NCBI GenBank assembly: GCA_963785395.1 | Contig: CAWAVH010000018.1 | Span: 156,360 to 220,359 of the forward strand | DNA from: an uncultured Acidobacteriota bacterium | GTDB taxonomy: Bacteria; Acidobacteriota; Terriglobia; Acidiferrales; UBA7541 | Direction: 5' to 3' | Length of the DNA stretch: 64,000 nt | In this document: positions 18,696 to 27,311 of the stretch, in pieces | How the letters are laid out: each line of letters starts with the position of its first letter | How positions within the stretch are numbered: the stretch's first letter is position 1 | The notes under the pieces: model-generated | Database searches by the model: none | What the model saw: only the letters and a program-made list of their open reading frames with translations | What the model was told of the DNA's origin: nothing | Made by a program: the position numbers and the translations under genes

Positions 18696-19277
18696 TTACA
18701 GTGTGCCCCCAGCAGCTCTACGAGCGACATCTGTATCCGACTTCGGCGTGTCAGTTGCCGCTTCGCCGGTAGATGAAACGTCTTCTGCGCCAGTACGCTG
18801 CAACACATCCTTCGCGCGCTTGATCTCCTCGGAAGTATCGCAATGCACGGAAAGAAGAATTCCGCCCTTTTGCAGACGGCCTTCGTAGCGCTTTGCCTCG
18901 AATTCGGGAATTCCCACGCCGATCAGCGCGCCAGTGACTCCGCCAACCGCTCCGCCGACTCCGAGTCCTGCAAGCCCCGCCATGATTGGACCAGCCGCGA
19001 TGAAGGGTCCCAAGCCGGGAATCGCGAGCAGTCCAACGCCCGCCAGAACGCCAAGTGTGCCGCCGATTACGCCACCGGCAGTGACGCCTGCAGCGGTGCC
19101 TTCAGGAGCTTTCGTGGTCTTTTCGGTGCCCATATCTTTGGGACCGTCGAGACTTTCAGGCAATAGAACCGAAACGTCGGCGGTGGGGAAGCCGGCTTTG
19201 ACGAGAGAATCCACGGCATTCTCTACGGAGCTTCGGGTGGAATAGATTCCAAAAACTGCCACTTTTTTTCCTGACAT
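18696..19277 (-). CDS. General-stress-type protein with central glycine-zipper membrane segment
   Basis: 193-aa ORF. The N-terminal domain is KKVAVFGIYSTRSSVENAVDSLVKAGFPTADVSVL. The Gly-rich hydrophobic core is GVTAGGVIGGTLGVLAGVGLLAIPGLGPFIAAGPIMAGLAGLGVGGAVGG. The C-terminus is FEAKRYEGRLQKGGILLSVHCDTSEEIKRAKDVL. The functional name is uncertain. Confidence 0.7.
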   Translation of the reverse strand: MSGKKVAVFGIYSTRSSVENAVDSLVKAGFPTADVSVLLPESLDGPKDMGTEKTTKAPEGTAAGVTAGGVIGGTLGVLAGVGLLAIPGLGPFIAAGPIMAGLAGLGVGGAVGGVTGALIGVGIPEFEAKRYEGRLQKGGILLSVHCDTSEEIKRAKDVLQRTGAEDVSSTGEAATDTPKSDTDVARRAAGGTL

Positions 19278-19331
19278 GTCTGAGTTCTCCTTTGAATTTA
19301 ACTGAATTAGGAATCGATCACGCGACAGAGA

Positions 19332-19889
19332 CTACGCTCGTGCTGACCTAGCTTTCTTGGGCTGCGATTTTTTTGAATTTTTGCCTTCTTCGGATTCGCC
19401 CGAGTTCGCGGCAACCACGTTGATGTCACCGGCCAGCTCCGTCAACTTCTCGTCGGTGGCTTTCTCCTCTTTCAAAGTTTCTTCGAGCAGCGAAACGGCT
19501 TCACTTTCACCGAGAAGCTCGGCGTAGGTGCGGACGCAGCCGTAGCCGGCGATTTCGTAATGCTCGACGCGTTGGGCGGCGGAGATGAGACCCGCGTCCA
19601 ACTCCTCCGGCGCGGGATCTTCTTCGATCATTTCTGCGCCTTCCTTGATGAGGCCTTCCATTCCTTTGCAGGTCTTGCCCTTGGGACTTTCACCGAGGCC
19701 TTTGAAAATTTGTTCGAGCCGCGACACGTGGCCCTTGGTTTGTTCGAGATGCTCTTCGAAGCCGGTACGCAAGTCGGCCGACGTGGAAGCCTTTGCCATT
19801 TTTGGCAAGGCTTTTACGAGCTGGTTTTCTGCGCTGTAAAGATCTTTCAATTCTTCGATGTACAGGTGCTTCAAGCGATTCGCTTCCAT
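19332..19889 (-). CDS. Ferritin-like DUF892 (YciE/YciF family) protein
   Basis: LYIEELKDLYSAENQLVKALPKMAKA...HLEQTKGHVSRLEQIF...QRVEHYEIAGYG is the typical YciE/YciF four-helix-bundle signature. Confidence 0.85.
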   Translation of the reverse strand: MEANRLKHLYIEELKDLYSAENQLVKALPKMAKASTSADLRTGFEEHLEQTKGHVSRLEQIFKGLGESPKGKTCKGMEGLIKEGAEMIEEDPAPEELDAGLISAAQRVEHYEIAGYGCVRTYAELLGESEAVSLLEETLKEEKATDEKLTELAGDINVVAANSGESEEGKNSKKSQPKKARSARA

Positions 19890-20080
19890 TGGCTCTCCTC
19901 TTCAACGATCCGAATTTTTTCGAGCTGATCTGCAACTTACTCGGGAGGCTCCGTGTGAGAGCGCTCCGACGGCGGGAAACTGCTGCCTCTACAGTAGACA
20001 GCTATCCGCAACGAGATGCCATACGGGGAAGGGCGTAAAAACGAACAAGTGAAACGTGCAACGTGAGGCGCGAGATCAAA

Positions 20081-21919
20081 CTACTTCGTGGTGGGAACAA
20101 CTTGCCCCGCGGTGAAGGCAACGTGCTGAAGCACCTGTGGCAAAGTGGTGAAGAATCCGTGAGATTTTTGCAGATTGAGCCGGCTTGCTGTTTTTTGTAT
20201 GTCTCCCTCGAAATTCCAAAGGCAAATCAGGATTTGCAAATGGGGGGACTGAGTACGAAGTTTTGCGTAGAGAGCGCGAGCATGGTTCACCGCGAACGGC
20301 GGCAACGCCGAGATGCAAACGATATCAGGATGCAATTCCTTTACCTGAGCCAACATTTCCGCGGTTGTGCCGAGTGGAATGCTTTCAGCGGTGTGGCCCT
20401 GGCGTTCGAGAAGGCGGGCAAGCAGGGTGCCAATTACGTCGTCCGCGTCGTCGCGCGCTGGGATGCACACGACGTTGAGATGATTCGAGTCCTCGTCCGC
20501 GCGGCCCAAGGGTGGCGCAGATTCGCCCTCCTCGCTCTCCTTTTCTACGCCGGGATCGTCACCAATCTCCTCGATAATTTCGCGAGTGCTCTGATAAATG
20601 AAATTTTGCGTTTCCTCGTCCAGATCGTTCCTATGGCGGTCCTGCTCGGCGAGACCAAGCGCGGGAATTACCACCAAGCCGTAAAGATCTTCCATCGATT
20701 TGTCTTTCAAATATTGCTCGAGGACGTGTTTGGCTTCGTTCTGGTCCGTCGCGAGAAGGCGTTGGTAATACTGAGCTTCTGGCGGGAGAACAGGTTCGTC
20801 TCCGAAAAGTACATTGAGAAAGCTGAGGCTCGGAATGTAGCGCCCCATCACCACGAGGCAAACCGTGAGAGGCGTGGAAAGTACGAGTCCCGGAAAGCCC
20901 CAGATCAGCGTCCAGAATATGGCGGCGACTAGAATCGCGAGCGGCGCAAGTCCCAGATGTGAGCCATACAGAAGCGGTTCGACAGCATTCGCAATAACGA
21001 TCTCCAAGACGGCGAAGAGTCCCACGGTTGCAATGGCGTGCTGCCATCCCGGAAAAACCGCCAGCGACAAAATGATGGGCATGAGCGCGGCGATCGGCGT
21101 GCCAACGTAGGGCAGAAAACGAAGCACGGCGGCGCTCACTCCCCACAGCGAGGCATTCGGAACTCCGATGAAGTGCAAGCCCGCAAAGATGAGCAGACCG
21201 AAGGCGGAATTTACCGCGAATTGAAGGAGCAAATATCGATTGATTCGCTGGGTAGCTTCGTCGAACGCTTGAGTCATCAACTTCAAACGGCCGCCGCCCG
21301 CCAGTCGAATCATTCGATTGCGCAAGTCTTCGCGGCCTACAAGGATAAACACGGTGAAGATAACCACGATACCCGCGGTGCCCAGCGGGCCGAGAATATT
21401 TTCGGCGGATTCGAGTGGGTTAACAGGTGGCACTACTTCCACGGCTAGAGGCCGCGATGGAGAGGATCCCGCAGCCGGCGTCGGGGCTTTTCGAGAGCCA
21501 TTTGCAGCCAGCGTTCCTGGAGTGGCGTCGTCGATTTCTTTCGCCAACTCCTTGACGGTATCGGAGGCCTTGTCGAGGCTTTGGCTTCTTCCGCTTTTCA
21601 CGGTTTGAATTTTCTGCGCAAGCGTTTGCTTATAAGAGGGCAGTTGGCTTGTTAAATCCACGAGTTGATGTGAAGTTTGCCAGACCATCAGGCCAACTAA
21701 AGCCATGGGGACCAGGATCACAATAAAGACAGCGAGTATTCGGGGGAGTTTGATTCTTTCGAGAGAGCTTACCGCGGGTGTGAGCAGAAGCGCGAAAAGC
21801 GCGGCGAGCGCCAGGGGCACAAAAACAATTCGAGCGAAATAGAGAGCGGCAACAACCACCACGGCTGCAACGACGCCCAGGAGTTTCGAGTTCTCGCTGG
21901 ACGCCGACGCTCGCTTCAA
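20081..21919 (-). CDS. AI-2E (PerM/YhhT) family transporter fused to a C-terminal B12-binding-like (flavodoxin-type) domain
   Basis: Intact 612-aa ORF. The multi-TM AI-2E core includes RINRYLLLQFAVNSAFGLL, RFLPYVGTPIAA and EPLLYGSHLGLAPLAILVAAIFWTLIWGFPGLVLSTPLT. The roughly 130-aa cytoplasmic tail VVCIPARDDADDVIGTLLARLLERQGHTAESIPLGTTAEMLAQVKELHPDIVCISAL resembles the cobalamin-binding domain pattern but lacks the DxHxxG histidine. Confidence 0.8.
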   Translation of the reverse strand: MKRASASSENSKLLGVVAAVVVVAALYFARIVFVPLALAALFALLLTPAVSSLERIKLPRILAVFIVILVPMALVGLMVWQTSHQLVDLTSQLPSYKQTLAQKIQTVKSGRSQSLDKASDTVKELAKEIDDATPGTLAANGSRKAPTPAAGSSPSRPLAVEVVPPVNPLESAENILGPLGTAGIVVIFTVFILVGREDLRNRMIRLAGGGRLKLMTQAFDEATQRINRYLLLQFAVNSAFGLLIFAGLHFIGVPNASLWGVSAAVLRFLPYVGTPIAALMPIILSLAVFPGWQHAIATVGLFAVLEIVIANAVEPLLYGSHLGLAPLAILVAAIFWTLIWGFPGLVLSTPLTVCLVVMGRYIPSLSFLNVLFGDEPVLPPEAQYYQRLLATDQNEAKHVLEQYLKDKSMEDLYGLVVIPALGLAEQDRHRNDLDEETQNFIYQSTREIIEEIGDDPGVEKESEEGESAPPLGRADEDSNHLNVVCIPARDDADDVIGTLLARLLERQGHTAESIPLGTTAEMLAQVKELHPDIVCISALPPFAVNHARALYAKLRTQSPHLQILICLWNFEGDIQKTASRLNLQKSHGFFTTLPQVLQHVAFTAGQVVPTTK

Positions 21920-21993
21920 AGGTGGACTCGCGTTACTTGCATGTGTCCGGCGGCTAGGTGCGAAGCGCCGGCCTTAATTAGATTGGAAGGGGA

Positions 21994-22146
21994 TCAGTGA
22001 ATTGCGCCGAGCAAATATAAAATCAGGACGATCAGCAGCACGGTGCCCACAATTCCTAAACCGCCGCCGGTGCCCCACTTTGAATATCCGTAGTAGCCGC
22101 CGCCACCGCCGAACAACAGAATCAGTACGATAATTAGAAGCAGCAT
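21994..22146 (-). CDS. DUF3309-family small membrane protein (50 aa; below ORF-track cutoff)
   Basis: Hand translation of the minus strand gives MLLLIIVLILLFGGGGGYYGYSKWGTGGGLGIVGTVLLIVLILYLLGAIH*. This is two TM helices around a Gly/Tyr loop, the typical DUF3309 pattern. Confidence 0.7.
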   Translation of the reverse strand: MLLLIIVLILLFGGGGGYYGYSKWGTGGGLGIVGTVLLIVLILYLLGAIH

Positions 22147-22231
22147 TCCGAGATTCCTCTCTGGGTGCGAATTAGAATCATCGCGGCAATCACCGCGAAA
22201 CTGAAATTGGCGTGCAGCGGGTATCGCCGCG

Positions 22232-22438
22232 CTAAAACTTGTTTTTTACGCGCTTCAACGCTTTGGACCAATTCTTTGCGGTTTTGCGCATGAGCTTGAT
22301 TTCGCTGCCGAGAGCTTTTTTAATCAGCGGCTGATTTCGAGCCTCTTTTTCGAGCATTGCGGCGCGGCGAAGAAAAGCGTCCATTTGCTTTTTCAGGAAA
22401 GCGACATCTTTTGCGATTACTTTCTTGACGGTAGCCAT
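22232..22438 (-). CDS. Small basic helical hypothetical protein (68 aa)
   Basis: MATVKKVIAKDVAFLKKQMDAFLRRAAMLEKEARNQ...KALKRVKNKF. The internal ATG at 22438 is preferred over the ORF-track start at 22516, which overlaps the divergent gene. Confidence 0.45.
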   Translation of the reverse strand: MATVKKVIAKDVAFLKKQMDAFLRRAAMLEKEARNQPLIKKALGSEIKLMRKTAKNWSKALKRVKNKF

Positions 22439-22554
22439 ATTGAAGATGAGATGAGGAAAGGGCCAATTCGGACGCTGTGGAAAGATGCGAGTCATTACTA
22501 TCGTCGGCGCATCCAAATGTCAGGGAGTACAATAGAGGCTCACAGGAGGCTTTC

Positions 22555-22953
22555 ATGCCCGCAGCGATACCAGATAATTTCAAGGATTTGTTTCAGAAGC
22601 CCGCATTCGCAAATCTCGCGACCATCATGCCCGACGGCACCCCGCAGGTGACTCCGGTGTGGTGCGATTTCGACGGCAAAGACATTCTCATAAACACAGC
22701 GGAGGGACGCCAGAAAGATAAGAACGTGCGCCGCGATCCGCACGTATCGCTGGCGATTTCCGATCCTCAGAATCCGTATCGCTATCTTGAAGTGCGCGGG
22801 AAGGTTGTCGACATCACCCAGAACGGTGCATCAGCGCATATCGACAAGATGGCGAAAAAATATCTGGGAAAAGATAAATATCCGTTTGCGCAGCCGGGCG
22901 AAGTGCGATTGATCCTGAAAATTGAGCCGGAACATTTTTCGCACATGGGCTGA
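22555..22953 (+). CDS. Pyridoxamine 5'-phosphate oxidase (PPOX) family / F420-dependent-like small flavin-binding protein
   Basis: ATG at 22555 follows AGGAGG. LFQKPAFANLATIMPDGTPQVTPVWCDFDGKDILINTAEGRQKDKNVRRDPHVSLAISDP..PYRYLEVRG is the typical split-barrel PPOX pattern. Confidence 0.82.
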   Translation: MPAAIPDNFKDLFQKPAFANLATIMPDGTPQVTPVWCDFDGKDILINTAEGRQKDKNVRRDPHVSLAISDPQNPYRYLEVRGKVVDITQNGASAHIDKMAKKYLGKDKYPFAQPGEVRLILKIEPEHFSHMG

Positions 22954-23033
22954 ACCGAGATTTCGGAATGCTTGCGCCGTCCGAGGGTAATCCGATTCCT
23001 CTAGCGGCCTCCCGCGGTACACCACTATAGTAA

Positions 23034-23313
23034 GTGGGTATGGTAAACGCGGGTCACGACGCTACGTCCAATAATCGGAGTCGATCTCGAAGGTTCGCTC
23101 CAGTGTGGAGAGCATTGATCGAAACGGGTTCGATCATGTTTCTTTTCTATTCCAATTTGCTGATGGGGGAATTTAGCGGAGCGAATTCTGTCCACGGCAA
23201 GACGCTGATGTTCGCGCTCAGCGATATTTTTACCGTGACGAATTTTAAGATGGGATCTGATTTCCGCGCTAATCGGGTATCTTGCGTTCGAATTTCTGCG
23301 GCGCAAACTTTAA
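23034..23313 (+). CDS. Possible small membrane protein; needs a frameshift ~23255
   Basis: ORF 23034..23321 has the hydrophobic stretches ALIETGSIMFLFYSNLL and LMFALSDIFTV. A +2 frame gives a convincing terminal helix LISALIGYLAFEFLRRKL* ending at TAA 23311-23313. No homology recognised. Confidence 0.3.
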
Positions 23314-24420
23314 GGTCATAACACCCCAGCCGTAGCGCTCCGAGTGAGTCACCCGCTCGCGGAATGCTGTGCGCACCTGCGACACGAATTCGCTGCAGCC
23401 TACAGTTGTCGTGCCATGCGCTGCGATATCGGGAGTGCGATACCCGGATTCGAGAGTGCGATCAAGCGCCTGCTCAATCGAATTCGCTTCGTTTGCGAGA
23501 CCAAAGCTTTCGCGCAACAGCATCGCCGCGCTCAAGATCGCGCCGATAGGATTCGCCAAGTTTCGGCCAGCCAGCGAGGGCGCGGATCCGTGAATCGGCT
23601 CGAAGAGTGACGGTCCAAGCCCCCAGCTCATCGAAGGAATTAATCCCAGCGAGCCTGCGACGCCCGCGGCGCCATCGCTCAAAATATCTCCAAACATATT
23701 GGAGGTGAGCATCACGTCAAATTGTTTTGGCGCGATCACCAGTTGCAGCGCCGCGTTATCCACATACATGTGCGTGAGATTTACGGACGTATGTCCTGCG
23801 CCTAATTGCGTGACCACTCGGCGCCACAACACTGAACTGGCGAGCACGTTTGCTTTGTCTACTGAAACGAGTTTGCCGCTGCGTCGCTGTGCGCGTTCGA
23901 AAGCGAAATGCGCTACGCGTTCAATTTCTGGAGTGGTGTAGCGTTCGAGATCGCTTGCTTCGTTGGCTTCGCTGTGATGTTCCGCGAAATAAATTCCACC
24001 AGCAAGCTCGCGTACGATTTCGATATCCACGTCGCGCGCGAACTGAGGCTTCAGCGGAGACACGTCGAGCAGCGCTGCGCGCACGCGAATCGGCCGCACG
24101 TTGATGTACAGCCCAAGTTCTTTGCGAACGCCGAGCAGCCCGCTCTCAGGCCGCGTGCCAAGAGGTAGCGCGTCCCACTTGGGCCCGCCTACGGCACCCA
24201 GAAGAATTGCGTCGGCCGCGCGACAAGCTACCAAAGTTTCGGCGGGCAGCGGCGAACCACATCGATCGATGGCGCTGCCGCCAAACGGCATGTCGAGCAT
24301 TTCAAATCGATGCCCGAATTCCGCTGCACAATCTTGCAGCAGCGTGACAGCCGCCGCGGTTACCTCGGGGCCGATGCCATCGCCCGCGAGAACTACAATG
24401 CGTTTGGATATTGCGGTCAT
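23269..24420 (-). CDS. leuB: 3-isopropylmalate dehydrogenase
   Basis: RIVVLAGDGIGPEV, ELGLYINVRP, IVRELAGGIYF, SVDKANVL, MYVDNAALQLV..PKQFDVMLTSNMFGDILSD and GSLGLIPS are LeuB blocks. The last ~20 aa may be read-through. Confidence 0.92.
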   Translation of the reverse strand: MTAISKRIVVLAGDGIGPEVTAAAVTLLQDCAAEFGHRFEMLDMPFGGSAIDRCGSPLPAETLVACRAADAILLGAVGGPKWDALPLGTRPESGLLGVRKELGLYINVRPIRVRAALLDVSPLKPQFARDVDIEIVRELAGGIYFAEHHSEANEASDLERYTTPEIERVAHFAFERAQRRSGKLVSVDKANVLASSVLWRRVVTQLGAGHTSVNLTHMYVDNAALQLVIAPKQFDVMLTSNMFGDILSDGAAGVAGSLGLIPSMSWGLGPSLFEPIHGSAPSLAGRNLANPIGAILSAAMLLRESFGLANEANSIEQALDRTLESGYRTPDIAAHGTTTVGCSEFVSQVRTAFRERVTHSERYGWGVMTLKFAPQKFERKIPD

Positions 24421-24476
24421 ATTTCGCGGCGCTCCGCGATTCCCCCTGGAAATTGCGCTACAACCTGGTTGAAAAG

Positions 24477-25676
24477 CTAGCTCGCTGCGGCAGCTGTGGC
24501 CGGCGAAGCAGCTTCAACAGTGTGCCCGCGCCGCGCTTGTCGCAAACAATTCAGCAGATCGCGATCGGATACTGATTTATTCGCGTCGGCGAGTTTCATC
24601 ACGCTCTTGTAGCATTCGTCGAGTTCCGAATCGCTCAAACGATAGCCCATCTCTCCGAGCCGCGTGCGCACGGCATTACGGCCGGAATGTTTGCCGACCA
24701 CCAGACTGCGCTTCGGTACGCCAACCGCTTCCGGCGAAATAATTTCATACGTAAGCGGATTCTTGATAATTCCATCCTGATGGATTCCTGCTTCGTGCGC
24801 GAATGCGTTTGCGCCAACCACAGCTTTATTCGGCGCGACGCCCGTGCCGGTAATTTCCGCAAGCAAACGGCTAGCCGGATAAAGTTGCGGCAGACGAATG
24901 CCGGTGGTCACTTTGAAATGTTGTTCGCGTACGGCGATAGCGACCACAAGTTCTTCGAGCGAAGCGTTTCCCGCGCGCTCGCCGATTCCGTTGATTGTGC
25001 ATTCCACCTGGCGCGCCCCAGCGGCGACGGCAGCGAGCGAATTCGCCACAGCCATGCCAAGATCGTTGTGGCAATGCGCGCTGTAGGTGAGTCCTTCGCG
25101 ATCGTTCAGATGTTCGCGCACGCGAGTAAACATCGCGCCGTATTCCTGCGGAACGCTGTAGCCCACGGTATCGGGAAGATTCAGAATCGTCGCGCCCGCT
25201 TCGGCGGCAACCTCCATCGCGCGGCAAAGAAAATCGATGTCGCTGCGGCTGGCATCTTCGGCCGAAAATTCCACTTCATCGCAATGATGTCGCGCGTAGC
25301 GGACCATCTGGCCGATCGCGGAAAGCGCTTCTTCGCGCGTGATGCGCAATTTGTAGCGCAGATGCAAATCCGAAGTTGCCAGGAAAATGTGTACGCGGGA
25401 ATGCGCGGCGCCTGCGATCGCGGAAAGCGCGGCATCCACATCTTTTTGCGTGGCGCGAGCAAGTGCGGCCACACGGCAGTGCCGCACCGCGGTAGCGACG
25501 GCGCGTACACCTTCGAAGTCTCCGGGTGACGCGATAGGGAATCCGGCTTCAATGATGTCGACGCCCAGCGCTTCCAATTGGCGCGCCATGCGCACCTTTT
25601 CGCTGACGTTCATCGAAAAGCCTGGCGATTGCTCGCCGTCGCGAAGCGTGGTGTCAAAAATCTGGATCTTTTCCAT
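24477..25676 (-). CDS. 2-isopropylmalate synthase / citramalate / homocitrate synthase family enzyme, short form lacking the C-terminal regulatory domain
   Basis: MEKIQIFDTTLRDGEQSPGFSM, GVDIIEAGFPIASPGDFE and HCHNDLGMAVANSLAAV are DRE-TIM aldolase motifs. The protein ends at 399 aa, and the leuB start is only 56 nt after the stop. Confidence 0.85.
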   Translation of the reverse strand: MEKIQIFDTTLRDGEQSPGFSMNVSEKVRMARQLEALGVDIIEAGFPIASPGDFEGVRAVATAVRHCRVAALARATQKDVDAALSAIAGAAHSRVHIFLATSDLHLRYKLRITREEALSAIGQMVRYARHHCDEVEFSAEDASRSDIDFLCRAMEVAAEAGATILNLPDTVGYSVPQEYGAMFTRVREHLNDREGLTYSAHCHNDLGMAVANSLAAVAAGARQVECTINGIGERAGNASLEELVVAIAVREQHFKVTTGIRLPQLYPASRLLAEITGTGVAPNKAVVGANAFAHEAGIHQDGIIKNPLTYEIISPEAVGVPKRSLVVGKHSGRNAVRTRLGEMGYRLSDSELDECYKSVMKLADANKSVSDRDLLNCLRQARRGHTVEAASPATAAAAS

Positions 25677-25776
25677 TCGCGGTGTGTACGCCCGAGCGAG
25701 GTCGGCCGGACGTCCCCCCAAGCGAAATGGTATGGCTGGGGCAGGGAAGCGTCCAATTTATAATTGTTGCAGTGTC

Positions 25777-25793
25777 TATAAGTATCGCTTATA
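25777..25793. promoter_or_regulatory. Candidate LysR-type operator (T-N11-A containing palindrome)
   Basis: Perfect inverted repeat TATAAG-tatcg-CTTATA in the leuA-like/LysR divergent intergenic region. Confidence 0.35.
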
Positions 25794-25798
25794 AAGAA

Positions 25799-26743
25799 AT
25801 GGGCGAGGAATTGGCGCAAATGGACTTGAACGAACTGCAGGTTTTTCTGACAGTGGCGCGCGAGAAGAGCTTTACCCGCGCGGCGGCGCGTCTCTACCGA
25901 ACTCAGCCGGCCGTGAGTATGTCGGTGCGGAAGCTACAAGACTGGGTGGGCGAGCCGCTTTTCGTAAAAGGATCGCGCGCGGCGCGCCTGACCGGCGCGG
26001 GCGAGATGTTACTCGAGTATGCCGAACGCATGCTCAATCTACGCGAAGAGGCGCAGCGAGGACTATCTGAATTGCGCGCTCTGGGGCGTGGGACTTTATC
26101 GCTTGGTGTGAACGAAAGCTCGATTCACGCGTTGCTGCCCGCGTTCGCTCGCTACAGGAAACTTTATCCGCACATCAAGATCAGCGTCCTCCGCGTTTTT
26201 TCGCGCGCGATTCCCGAGGCGCTGCTGAATTACAAGCTCGATATGGGCGTGGTTACGTACGTGCCGCAGGAAGCGCGGCTGGCGGCGGTGCCATTTTTCT
26301 CGGACAAGCTCACATTTGTCGTGAACCCCGAGCACAGATTGGCCAAGAAGAAGGTAGTGGACATCACCGATCTCGGCGAAGAAGTCTTCGTCGCGCACAT
26401 CGTAGATTCGCAGCACCGTTCGAAAGTGATTCAGCTCTTTGAAAAGCATCGCGTGCCGCTGAATCGCCAAGTCGAGTTGCCCACAATTGAGAGCATCAAG
26501 CGATTCGTGGAGATGGGTATGGGTGTCGCAATCGTTCCGCGAATGTGCGTACGCCACGAAGTGGAAGAGGGCCGACTGGCCGAGGTGCGCATCCGTCAGC
26601 TGAATATTCCGCGGCGGCTTTATCTAGTTTACCGCCGCAACGAAAAACTCAACCACGCGGCGAATGCGCTGCTGAAGCTGCTGCGCAGTGAGAACGAACG
26701 TTCGGACACTCCCGGTTCACATGAATCCGAGATCGCTCTGTAG
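25799..26743 (+). CDS. LysR-family transcriptional regulator, divergent from leuA-like/leuB
   Basis: MDLNELQVFLTVAREKSFTRAAARLYRTQPAVSMSVRKLQDWVGEPLF is the HTH, followed by a LysR substrate-binding domain. Alternative start at ATG 25820; the ORF-track start at 25682 overlaps the leuA-like gene. Confidence 0.88.
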   Translation: MGEELAQMDLNELQVFLTVAREKSFTRAAARLYRTQPAVSMSVRKLQDWVGEPLFVKGSRAARLTGAGEMLLEYAERMLNLREEAQRGLSELRALGRGTLSLGVNESSIHALLPAFARYRKLYPHIKISVLRVFSRAIPEALLNYKLDMGVVTYVPQEARLAAVPFFSDKLTFVVNPEHRLAKKKVVDITDLGEEVFVAHIVDSQHRSKVIQLFEKHRVPLNRQVELPTIESIKRFVEMGMGVAIVPRMCVRHEVEEGRLAEVRIRQLNIPRRLYLVYRRNEKLNHAANALLKLLRSENERSDTPGSHESEIAL

Positions 26744-26904
26744 CGATACAAGCCGTTGACTCGGCAGGCCCGAGCGTCTTACCTAGATAATCTTCTGAAA
26801 CAGACGTGACGTTTCGCGGTTTGCTGCGTCTTATTGGTAGAAGGCGCTATTTAGGCCTATTCCTTTCGGAAGGTCATCTATGGGAGAGGCTGTCTAACAC
26901 AACA

Positions 26905-27258
26905 ATGCCAAAACGAGGAACGCCACCACTTAAAGGTGAAGTGCTTCAGGGCACGCTTGATTTTCTGATTTTGCAGACGCTGGTGCTGGGGCCTGCGCAC
27001 GGGCACACGATCGCGCACGTGATTGAGCGGCGGTCGGATGATGTGCTGCAAGTAGAGCACGGTTCTCTGTATCCCGCGCTGCATCGATTGGAAGATCGCG
27101 CATGGATTTCTTCTTTCTGGGGCACGTCTGAAAATAATCGCAAGGCACGGTACTACCGGCTCACTCCGAAGGGGCGGAAGCAGCTCGCGGAGCAAATCAG
27201 CCGATGGGAAGAATTGGTTCATGCGATCGGGCGCGTGTTGAAACCGGTTGCGGATTGA
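26905..27258 (+). CDS. PadR-family transcriptional regulator
   Basis: [55 protein letters not shown]...[16 protein letters not shown]. It lies immediately upstream of the ADOP permease. Confidence 0.9.
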   Translation: MPKRGTPPLKGEVLQGTLDFLILQTLVLGPAHGHTIAHVIERRSDDVLQVEHGSLYPALHRLEDRAWISSFWGTSENNRKARYYRLTPKGRKQLAEQISRWEELVHAIGRVLKPVAD

Positions 27259-27311
27259 GCTGTCGAATTGATCGGCAATGAAACTGGCGGCGTCGCGCCG
27301 CCGGAGCGGAC

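Noticed and set aside
20063-20932. 289-aa plus-strand ORF (and similar 28856..29785, 7170..7799, 15099..15749)
   Set aside because: All are antisense or out of frame to well-supported genes (AI-2E permease, ADOP permease, MocR, hydrolase).
23269-23330. Unusual ~20-aa C-terminal extension of LeuB (…SERYGWGVMTLKFAPQKFERKIPD) overlapping a plus-strand ORF
   Set aside because: It is probably read-through after an indel removed the native stop. An alternative frame gives a stop near 23320. It is not treated as a real extension.
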